From Dendrobates tinctorius (Eukaryota), in contig NW_027361716.1 of assembly GCF_039654945.1 (NCBI RefSeq), positions 21,142,001-21,206,000 of the forward strand: DNA of 64,000 nt. The letters run 5' to 3'. Of the stretch, positions 50,345 to 61,175 are shown one piece after another (the stretch's first letter is position 1; the number at the start of each line of letters is the position of its first letter). The position numbers were made by a program, and so were the translations under genes. The notes under the pieces were generated by a model. That model did no database searches. It worked only from the letters and a program-made list of their open reading frames with translations, and was not told the DNA's origin.

Positions 50345-51620
50345 ATTTATGTGTAATCATGAGAAATGACGCATTGAAAAGTATTGAAGACACTTACTGA
50401 AATGTATTTAATAGAAAAGCCCTTGTTGATGATGATAGCTTCATGCATTGCTCAGGTGTGATTTTGGCCCATTCTTCCACACAAACACTCTGGCTGGTTT
50501 CACATTAGCGCTTTTTAAGCGCACGCACGGCCGGGGGTAGCTCCGCCCCCGAGCCGGCTCTCTGCCCGGCGTGCCCGCCCCTTGCTTGTAGCGCCGCCTC
50601 CTAGCGGACAGCGGCGCCTGCGATCGGCGCACCCTATCTTTAGCATAGGGTGCGCAGATCGTGCGCAGGCCGTGCGCTAGTTGCGCTTTGACCTGCGCTG
50701 CGCACTTTTGACGGTGCGCCGTGCGCGCCAAAATCGAACTTTTCGGATTTTGGCGCGCACGGCGCACCGTCAAAAGTGCTCAGCGCAGGTCAAAGCGCAA
50801 CTAGCGCACGGCCTGCGCACGATCTGTGCACCCTATGCTAAAGATAGGGTGCGCCGATCGCAGGCGCCGCTGTCCGCTAGGAGGCAGCGCTACAAGCAAG
50901 GGGCGGGCACGCCGGGCAGAGAGCCGGCTCGGGGGCGGAGCTACCCCCGGCTGTGCGTGCGCTTAAAAAGCGCTAATGTGAAACCACCCTCTTCATATCT
51001 GGAAGGTTCCGTGGGTGCCTTCTACAATCTCTGAGCTTTAGCTCCTTCCATACATTTTCTATTGGATTCAGGTTAGATGATGGGCTCAGCCATTTTATCA
51101 GCTTTATTTTATTTCTCAAACCAATTTATAGTTTCCTTGGCTGTGTGTTTGGGATCATTGTCTTGCTGAATTGTCCACCCTATTTTCATCATCCTCGTAA
51201 ATAGCAGCAGATTTTTATAAAGAATGTCTTGGTACATTTATCCATTTATCCTTCCTTCAGTCATATGAAGTTTGTCAGTGCCGTATGCTGAAAAACAATC
51301 CCCACGCAATGATGTTCCTGCCTCCAAACTTCACCGTTGGTATGGTGTTTTGGGTGATATGCAATGTCTTTTGCCCTCCAAACATCTGTGTATTATGGCA
51401 TCCAAATAGTTCAGTTTTGGTCTCATCTGACCAGACTATATTCTCCCAGTATTTCACAGGCTTGTCTAAATGTGGTTGAGCAAACTATAAACATTCTTTT
51501 TGTTCAGCAATGGAGTCTTGCGTGGTGAGTGTGCATACAGGCCATGGAGGTTGAGTGCATTACTTATAGGTTGCTTTTAAATAATTGTACCTGCTGATTC
51601 CAGGTCTTTCTGTAGCTCTG
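50345..51620 (-). mobile_element. Tc1/mariner transposase remnant, interrupted by a MITE
   Basis: Minus strand YWENIVWSDETKTELFG..PTVKFGG..WG and QQDNDPKHT. Confidence 0.85.
50492..50989. mobile_element. Fully palindromic (foldback) MITE, Harbinger/Tourist-like, 3-bp TSD TCT
   Basis: ~240-bp arms nearly perfectly inverted about ~50740; ends GGCTGGTTTCACA / TGTGAAACCACCC; TCT on both sides. Confidence 0.88.
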
Positions 51621-52314
51621 TGAATAGCACCATAGGCTATAATGTGTATGTGGAGGTGAACATGTATTCCCATAAAATTTAATTTTATTCAATAGAAATT
51701 AAAAAACACCTATGACCGTGAGTAAATAATCAATAAATTTCCTTAAAAGCCCTGTTAAAGGCTACAATATACTATCTGCACCCTTCCTTGCCGTGGAGGT
51801 TGGCACCCTAATAGATACGGTTGTTTGGCGCCCCCACTCAACGTCGTCTGACCCTGTCTCCCCTACCTCACCCTAATTTCACAGGTGGGAAAACAATGCC
51901 AGATAGAAAAGATATGAAGGAAGGGAAAAACCTTAGCATACACAGAATGCAATGCAAGAGTAACCAGGGCAATAAGCCCACAAATATAATGATAGTAAAG
52001 GTAACCCAAAAAAAGGCTACTATCAATAGCCCTCACAGAACAACTATTAAAATTGCCTATTGATACACAATAAACCAATGAGCCAGAAGATAACCATGAA
52101 TTGCTACCAGCATGATGAATAAGATAAACATGCAGACAAGGACATCACGTCCCAGCAATAAATTAGCAGTATATGGCAATTGGTAATCGCCTCTGTTAAT
52201 GCAGATAAAGAAACCACTGATGGTGTATAAAAATAAACATGATGTAATATTGTTCCATAATAAACAAATAAATAAAGAGATTTTAGAACACCACCCGGTG
52301 GCTACTTATCGTCA

Positions 52315-52375
52315 AAGTCGCCCCGACGCGTTTCCCCGGTGTAACGGTTCATCAGGAGGCCCCAGCCAGACTTCA
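52315..52375 (-). ncRNA. Minimal type I hammerhead ribozyme motif (inverted copy)
   Basis: Reverse complement of the same motif. Confidence 0.65.
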
Positions 52376-52866
52376 ATACCACTGATACTCGATATGCTCC
52401 ATGATGCCAAAAGATAACAGGATATAAACATGGCATGGCGGCGGTCACAGAAAATAAATTTAAATAGCCCCGCTATCATGTGTCAACAAAGCCCATTGGG
52501 TACACGGTCACAAAGGATACACGTCATCCACTTTGCCCAGCCAATCACTGAGTGTTACTCATTACCCATTCCCATTGCGTTCCACTATCGGACCAGCGTG
52601 CGTGTCACGCCTACTGCGCATGACCGGAAGTGATGTACCGGAACATAACGGCGCTTGTTACCTTGCGACCAAGAAAAACAGACACGGCATCAAACCGTGA
52701 CCTAATCGCACGCAGGCGCATTAGCGCCAAGGTGATAGACCAAATAACGTCACATGACACATGATAGCGGGGGCTATTTAAATTTATTTTCTGTGACCGC
52801 CGCCATGCCATGTTTATATTCTGTTATCTTTTGTCATCATGGAGCATATCGAGTATCAGTGGTATT

Positions 52867-52922
52867 GAAGTCTGGGGCCTCCTGATGAACCGTTACACCG
52901 GGGAAACGCGTCGGGGCGACTT
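52867..52922 (+). ncRNA. Minimal type I hammerhead ribozyme motif
   Basis: gcctc-CTGATGA-a-ccgttacaccgg-g-GAAA-CGCG-TC-ggggc: stem I gcctc/ggggc, stem II ccg/cgg, palindromic stem III. Confidence 0.65.
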
Positions 52923-53709
52923 TGACGATAAGTAGCCACCGGGTGGTGTTCTAAAATCTCTTTATTTATTTGTTTATTATGGAACAATATTACATCATGT
53001 TTATTTTTATACACCATCAGTGGTTTCTTTATCTGCATTAACAGAGGCGATTACCAATTGCCATATACTGCTAATTTATTGCTGGGACGTGATGTCCTTG
53101 TCTGCATGTTTATCTTATTCATCATGCTGGTAGCAATTCATGGTTATCTTCTGGCTCATTGGTTTATTGTGTATCAATAGGCAATTTTAATAGTTGTTCT
53201 GTGAGGGCTATTGATAGTAGCCTTTTTTTGGGTTACCTTTACTATCATTATATTTGTGGGCTTATTGCCCTGGTTACTCTTGCATTGCATTCTGTGTATG
53301 CTAAGGTTTTTCCCTTCCTTCATATCTTTTCTATCTGGCATTGTTTTCCCACCTGTGAAATTAGGGTGAGGTAGGGGAGACAGGGTCAGACGACGTTGAG
53401 TGGGGGCGCCAAACAACCGTATCTATTAGGGTGCCAACCTCCACGGCAAGGAAGGGTGCAGATAGTATATTGTAGCCTTTAACAGGGCTTTTAAGGAAAT
53501 TTATTGATTATTTACTCACGGTCATAGGTGTTTTTTAATTTCTATTGAATAAAATTAAATTTTATGGGAATACATGTTCACCTCAATATTATGTTATATT
53601 CCTTTCTTATAATGATTTTGTGGTACTATAATGTGTATGTGCCATATCTCTGAAAATCAACAAGTATACAACAGGTATTTGCAACATGGACATCTGAATG
53701 AGGCCTTAC

Positions 53710-54067
53710 AGGGGTTGTCCAGTCCAATCCGATAAGTCGATAATCATTCTATGTGACTGCAGACTTCTGAATCCCCCCAGCGAACACACTGTGTGTGGTG
53801 GAGATGCGCCGGTTTCTGAGTCGGATCGGAAGGTATGTATGAGTTATACACTTGTATAGAGTGAGGCCGGACCTTCTAGGCAGCCACAACCACTGGTCGG
53901 CCGCATCACTACAATACAAGTGTCTGGAGCGAGGTATATCTCATACATACCCTCTGGCCCCAACTCAGAAACCGACGAGCATTCACTGAGGGGATAATAA
54001 GTTTGCAGTCACACGGAGTGACACACAGAGTGACTGCAGACTTATCAGTTTGGACCCGGCAACCCCT
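53710..54067. mobile_element. T2/Kolobok-like MITE
   Basis: AGGGGTTGTCC ... GGCAACCCCT|TTAA termini with internal inverted similarity; similar starts at ~48360 and ~55157. Confidence 0.6.
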
Positions 54068-56029
54068 TTAATGAAGAGAAAAAGGAAAGCGCTTTAGATC
54101 TTTTGGGACTTTGCTGCTATATTTGCAGTTTGGGAACGGAATTCGGACAGTTATGAAACAGTTGGTAAATAGTTTTTGGGCCTGCAGGACAGGAGCTTCA
54201 TCTTATCCATAGTTTGCCAGTTGTCATTGATGTCTTATAGGGTAATATAGTGCAGATTTTGGTGTTTTTTTCTCTTTAGTTAAAAGTAGAGGATGCAAAG
54301 TAAGACAAGTAGAAGGCCATGTTCAGATGCAGTGAATTCCAGGACTGTGCAAATATGTGTGATTTTTTACAAGACACAATTTCCAGACAGCTGATAGAAC
54401 CTGTAAGGATTTGAGGGTGTTCTATGGAAATTCAGATCTGCAGATTTACCACCTTTTCATCCAATTTTGGCTGGGGTCAGACCTGCAAGAAACTTGGACG
54501 AGTCTCGCACGTCAATACCGGATCGGAGTGTTCAACTCCATGTATTTCTATGCAGCTGAACGCTCCTATCCGAGTGCCAGTGTCAGTGCCGGGTATTGAC
54601 GTGCAAGACTCGTCCGAGTTTCTTGCAGGTCTGACCCCGGCCTTTCAGAAATATCTAGAAAAATCCACAGCGGAAATTGACCTCTTCTGCAGAGTAATTG
54701 ATGCTGCAATGTTTTCAATGTGGATTTAAAATACACAGCATTTGTGAGGATAAAATGGGCAATCCATTATGCAGCAGCCGAGTCCCATGTGCATGTATCT
54801 TATAAAGGTATGGGCACATGGGACAATGACCTTGTAGAAAGTGCTTGGTGATGATTTCTGGCTGCCTCTGTAATACGCTGCTCTTGCACAGATCACAGCT
54901 ATAAAATACCGGAGCAGTGACAAATGTCGGCATTGCTATATACGGTACATCTGTCTCACGTTGTCCTGTTAGATACATTTATCTTACAACTCTGCTGGCG
55001 AAACATTTTTCTTTTCTCCATCAATGAGCCGTCTACGGAGTGTCTGTGTTTAGCAGCTTTTTGCCTTTGCTTAGCTATCAAGAGATACTGTGCATGGATG
55101 GATCACTCAGATTCTAAATACACAGATATATAATGATCAGTCATATTATTGACCCTTTAAAGGGGTTGTCCACTACTCAGCAACACCATCTCAATCAGCA
55201 ATAGTGAAACCTATACTCACAATGACACTGTCTCTCCCGGGGCTTCCATAGCATTGTTATGTCACACCATCCCTGCGGGCAATCAATGGACGCTTTGCTC
55301 TTCCTGCCTTAAGGCAAATCACATATATCCAGAGGAAGTAGGAGCTGTTGCTCTCTCACTTCCTCCATATGTATGCGATACATCCAAAAGCGGGGATAGT
55401 GAAGCGGCTGCTGATTGGCCACAGGGATGGCGTGACATCAATGCTATGGAAGCCACGGGAGAGACATCCCCAACACCGATGGAATGGCGCCGGCATGTAG
55501 TAGCTTAAATATCAATTAACGGTTTCTGGGAAATGGACAAAACTAAAAATAGAAATTCCAGCATTTAGCATTATAAATGTTGTGCGATATCATATACTGT
55601 ATAACAACTTACTCTGATTCTGCAGGTCCTTAAGATCACAGCTATACCAGACTGATATGATTTTTTATGTTTTACTGCATTTTGCATAGCAAAATCACTT
55701 TTTGTAAAATAAATCTTTTGTTTTTATGTTGCCAGGTTTTCATTAGTACCAGTTTGCGTACACATAAATGTCACTGAGTCTTTGACCAGTTAGATTTTTT
55801 CTTTTCAGTTATTTTGGAAGATTGAATAAACAAAACCCAGCAATATTGGCCCTACTTGTAGGGGCCTCTTCCTGGCATTCAGCGCAGAGTATAGATGACA
55901 TGCCACCTTTATTCTACATACATTCCATACATTATTCCATACAACACGTATATTGTTTCCTTCATGTGCCAATAACTTTGCATAATAAAAACATAAGAGC
56001 TTTTACCCCATTCAAAGGTAAACTGTAAT

Positions 56030-56670
56030 CCCCACACAGCTCTCCATACAGTATAACGGGCCCATAAAGTACTCCATACAGTATAATGGCTTTACACAAT
56101 GCTCCAAACTGTATAGTGGCCCTATACAATGCTCCATACTGTATAACAGGCAGATAAAGTCCTACATACAGTACAATGGTTCCACATAGATCTTCATAAA
56201 GTATAATGGCTCCTCATAGTCTTCCATACAGTGTAATGGCCCCCACATAGTCCTGCATAAAGTGTAATGGGCCCCACATAGTGCTCCATGCAGTATAATG
56301 GCTCCACATGATGCTCCATACTATAAAATGGCCCCACATAGTGTTCCATACTGTATAATGGCCTCACATAGTGCTCCATGCAGTATAATGGCTCCACATG
56401 ATGCTCCATACTATAAAATGGCCCCACATAGTGCTCCATACTGTATAATGGCCTCACATGATGCTCCATACTATAAAATGGCCCCACATAGTGCTCCATA
56501 CTGTATAATGGCCTCACAAAGTGCTGCATGGTGTATAATGGCCCCACACGATGCTCCATACTGTATAATGGCCCCACGTGATGCTCCATACTGTATAATG
56601 GCCCCTCATAGTGTTTTATACTGTATAATCTGCCCACATAGTGCTCCATATAATATAATGACCTCACATA
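56030..56670. repeat. 30-bp minisatellite
   Basis: Unit gtataatggccccacatagtgctccatact. Confidence 0.9.
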
Positions 56671-56809
56671 CCGTATATAATGTATTCGTGTATAAGCCGA
56701 CCCGAGTATAAGCCAAGGCACCTAATTTTGATGCGAAAAACAGGAAAAACTTATTGACTTGAGTATAAGCCGGGTTGCATTGTCCCCTAATCCCTATTTT
56801 GGTATGCAT

Positions 56810-57320
56810 GGTTCTTCACCCCCATCCTTGTCTGCATGGCTCCTTATCCTCCATCCTTGTCTGCATGGCTCCTTATCCACATCCTTGTCTGCATGGCTCC
56901 TTATCCCCATTCTTGTCTGCGTGGCTCCTTATTCCCATCCTTGTCTGCATGACTCCTTATCCACATCCTTGTATGCATGGCTCTTTATCCTTATCCTTGT
57001 CTGCATGGATCCTTATCCCCATCCTTGTCTGTATGGCTCCTTATCCCCATCCTTATATGCATGGCTCCTTATACCCATCCTTGTCTGCATGGCTCCTTAT
57101 CCCCATCCTTATATGCATGGCTCCTTATCCCCATCCTTGTCTGCATAGCTCCTTATTCCCATCCTTGACTTAATGGCTCCTTATCCCCATCCTTGTCTGC
57201 ATGGCTCCTTATTCCCATCCTTGTCTGCATGACCCCTTATCCCCATCATTGTATGCATGGTTCCACATTCCTATCCTTGCATGCATGCTTCCTCATCCCT
57301 GTCCTTGTATGTATGGCTCC
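56810..57320. repeat. 28-bp minisatellite, following a Tc2-like left end (ccgtat...gagtataagccg, ~56671-56775)
   Basis: Unit atggctccttatccccatccttgtctgc. Confidence 0.88.
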
Positions 57321-58812
57321 CATGAGAAAAGCATAAAAAAACCAAACATCCTACTTAACTTCCGTGCGTGCCCTCGCAGCATCTTTTTACGGTGCCTGCA
57401 GCATCTGCAGCTGAGCGATAACGTGTCCCCACTCATTAAGGTAATGAATATTGACCTCTCTCCATGCCTATGGGAGTGGAGAGAGGTGAATATTCATCAC
57501 CTTAATGAGCGGGTACTCGTGATAGCCCGGCAGCTGCTGGAAGCCGGCGGCTGCAACTGTGCACGCTATAAGAAAAATGAATACTCACTGCCAGTGCAGT
57601 GAATATTCATTTCTCTTTAGCAGCAGGCATAGTTACATCCGCAGCATCCGGCTCCTGCCTCCTGTGATCCGCTGCTCTGCCTCTCCCCCTTCCCCCTCCG
57701 TCTTCCAGTCCTCTGGAGATGGCGCACGTTCCGGCCGGGAGGGCTCTGCGTTCCCCCTCTGGAACGCATATCATAATTTCGCCGCCACTGATCTAGGGTC
57801 TTGACTTCAAAGTTCAATTCCTCATATAATACCCTGCATATACCCTTACATTGCCGTGTATTAGTCTCTTTGGCAGAAGGCTTGCAGGCATGCTCTAGGC
57901 CGTGTTCTGGTTGGGTTTAATAGAAGTTCTAAGATGGCAGCCATGCAGGCCATTGTTAGGCTCCTGGCTGCCATAGCAACTGCAGGCACTTGACAAAGGG
58001 AGCCCCCTCCTTCTGTCTATCCCCTAGATGCTCTCTGAGATGTATTGCCATCTTAAATGTTAGTGATTTCCGTGGCATTATGGCGCTGAAGTCATCCTTC
58101 TAGGGCATTATGTCACTCCACTGACAGTGACATAGCTGCTCATTCCCACGGTCAGGCTCCTATCTGAATCCATCAGCCATGTGCTCCTCAGCAGAGGTTG
58201 CCAAGGGAAGTAAATCAGTTTGTTTCATGTCTGTAACCATAGCAACAGAATACAGTACATTTTCTCCCTGTCATTTGGCGCGCACCTCGTAGACAAGTCA
58301 GAGTTCAACTGAAATTAAAGCTTCAAAAAGTACCAAGTTTTGTCCCTAAAGAGAAATTGTTTCCATCCAATTTTTATCTTAATTCTTAAATGGGTAAAAT
58401 ACAAGCAATTTTCTGATTTATCCCTTATTAAAAATTATCTACCTTCTCAAGAATGGAGGGATTTACAATGTTATAGTGTATAGCTCATTGCCTAGACAAC
58501 CGGCCACTCCGCAGCCACAGCCTGGCCGGCAAGGAACATGTGTCGTGAGTAGGCTTTATGCTTTAGCGGCTATCCTCACCTCCCTAAAGTTGGTCAGATT
58601 GCTGGATCCGACCAGTCTTAGTTGTCCTGTGCTTCACTGACGCTGTAGAAGCAAAGCCGCCTAACAATTCAGGAGCACTCAGTTCTGGCCAGCAGCACCA
58701 CCATGTCGATGGTCGAAATGCATCACTTCCAGCAAAGCAGGAAGCCGAAGATCAGGAGCAATTGTGGAGATTACAAGTTGATCAAACTCCTTTAAAGCAA
58801 CTTAATATTCAT

Positions 58813-60575
58813 ATAGTGGGTAAAATAAGTATTTGTTGCACTGTTCGATTTTGCAAATTTTCCCACCTACAAAGAACGGAGATGTCAGTCATTTTTATTG
58901 TAGGTACAACTTCAACTTGTGAGACATATTCTTAAAATAAAAACCAGAAAATCACATTGTATGCTTTTTACATAATCAATTTGCATTTTACTACATGAAA
59001 TAGTAAAAATATTAAATAGTAAATAGTAAAATTTACTACATGAAATAGTGATCTACAGTCTAGATCACGTGAAGTCATTATTTCCCTCTACTCCTCTTTG
59101 GTCAGACCTCATCTGGAATATTGTGTCCAGTTTTGGGCACCACATTTTAAAAAAAGACATCAACAAACTGGAGCAAGTTCAGAAAAGAGCAACCAGAATG
59201 GTGACCAGTCTGCAAACCCTGTCTTATGAGGAAAGGTTGCAGGATTTGGGATTGTTTAGTTTGCAAAAGAGAAGACTGAGAGGAGACTTAATAGCTGTCT
59301 ACAAATATCTAAAGGGCTGTCACATTGTAGAAGGATCAACTTTATTCTCATTTGCACAAGGAAAGACTAGAGCAATGGGATGAAACTGAATGGGAGGAGA
59401 CACAGATTAGATATTAGAAAAAACTTTTTGACAGAGTGATCAATGAGTGGAACAAGCTGCCACGAGATGTGGTGAGTTCTCCTTCAATGGAAGTCTTCAA
59501 ACAGAGGCTGGACAGACATCTGACTGGGATGATTTAGCGAATCCTGCTTTGAGCAGGGGGTTGGACCAGATGGCCCAGGAGGTCCCTTCCAACTCTACGA
59601 TTCTATGATTCTATGAAATAAGTATTTAATATAATAGAAAAACAGGACATAATATTTGGTACAGAAACCTTTGTTTGCAATTACAGAGTTCAGACGTTTC
59701 CTGTAGTTCGTGACCAAGTTTGCACACACTGCAGCAGGGATTTTGGCCCACTGCTCCATACAGATCTTGTCCACATTTTTCAGGGCTGTTGCTGGGCAAC
59801 ATTGAGTTTCAGCTCCCTCCAAAGATTTTCCATTGGCTTCAGGTCTGGAGACTGGCTAGGTCACTCCAGGAACTTGAAATGCTTCTTATGGAGCCACTCC
59901 TTAGTTGCCTTGGCTGTGTGCTTCAGGTCATTGTCATGCTGGAAGATCCAGGCACTACCCATTTTCAGTGTTCTAAGGAAAAGAAGTTGTTGGCCAAAAT
60001 CTCACAATACATGACCCCATCCATCATGTCATACTGTTCCTTTTGCAAAAAACCACCCCAAAGTATCATGTTTCCCCCACCATGATTCATGGTTGGGACA
60101 GTGTTCTTGGGGTTGCACTCGTCCTTCTTCTTCCTCCAAACACGATGAGTGGGGTTAATACCTTAAAGTTCTATTTTGGTCTCATCTGACCACCTGACCT
60201 TCTCTTATGGCTCCTCTGGATCATCAAGTTGGTCATTGGCGAACTTCAAAAGGGCCTGGACATGTGCTGGTGTGAGCAGGGGAACTTTTGGTGCTCTGCA
60301 GGATTTTAATCCATGACGGCCTAGTGTGTTACTTTGTTGGAGACTGTGGGCCCAGCTCCCTTCAGGTCAATGAACAGGGCCTCAAGTGTAGTTCTGAGCT
60401 GAGATCTTTTGTTTCTTTCATTTTCTTAAAAAGGAGCCAACAGTTGTTGCCTTCTCACCAAGCTGCTTGCCTATTGTCCTGTAGCCCATCCCAGCCTTGT
60501 GCATTTCTACAATTTTGTCCCTGTTGTCCTTAGACAGCTCTTTGGTCTTGGCCATGGTGGAGAGGTTGGAGTGTG
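58813..60575 (-). mobile_element. Tc1/mariner remnant interrupted by CR1
   Basis: End resembling CAGTGGG.AAAATAAGTATT; minus-strand Tc1 C-terminus ([38 protein letters not shown]), SDET and QHDND-like motifs. Confidence 0.82.
59049..59613 (+). mobile_element. CR1 LINE 3' fragment
   Basis: [47 protein letters not shown]; (ATTCTATG)n tail. Confidence 0.93.
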
Positions 60576-61175
60576 CCCCTCACACAGTTTGATGGTCCCA
60601 CAACTCTCACATAGTATGATGGTCCCACAGTCTCCACGCCATATGATGGTCCAACAGTTCCCCCATTCTATGATGATCCCACAGCCCCTACACCATGTGA
60701 TGGTCCCACAGTTCCCCCATACTATGATGATCCCAAAGCCCCCACACCATATGATGGTCCCACAGCCCCTATACCGTATGATGGTCCCACAGTTCCCCCA
60801 CATGCTATGATGGCCCCACAGCCCCCACACCATTTGATGGTCCCACAGTCGCCACATACTATGATGGTCCCACAGCCCCCACACCATATGATGGTCCCAC
60901 AGTTCCCCCATACTATGATGATCCCAAAGCCCCCACACCATATGATGGTCCCACAGCCCCCATACCGTATGATGGTCCCACAGTCCCCCCACATGCTATG
61001 ATGGTCCCACAGCCCCCACACCATTTGATGGTCCCACAGTCGCCACATACTATGATGGCCCCACAGCCCCCACACCATATGATGGTCCCACAGTTCCCCC
61101 ATACTATGATGGTCCCACAGCTCCCACACCGTATGATGGTCCCACAGCCCCCCACATACTATGATGGCCTCACAA
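60575..61175. repeat. 27-bp minisatellite
   Basis: Unit atgatggtcccacagcccccacaccat. Confidence 0.93.

Larger units (their letters stand above)
51653..53625. mobile_element. Penelope-like element: inverted pseudo-LTR pair with hammerhead motifs and a 16-bp flanking duplication
   Basis: Arms 51653-52485 and 52755-53584 are near-identical inverted copies; ctataatgtgtatgtg at 51637-51652 and 53626-53641; CTGATGA...GAAACGCGTC core in each arm. Confidence 0.8.
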
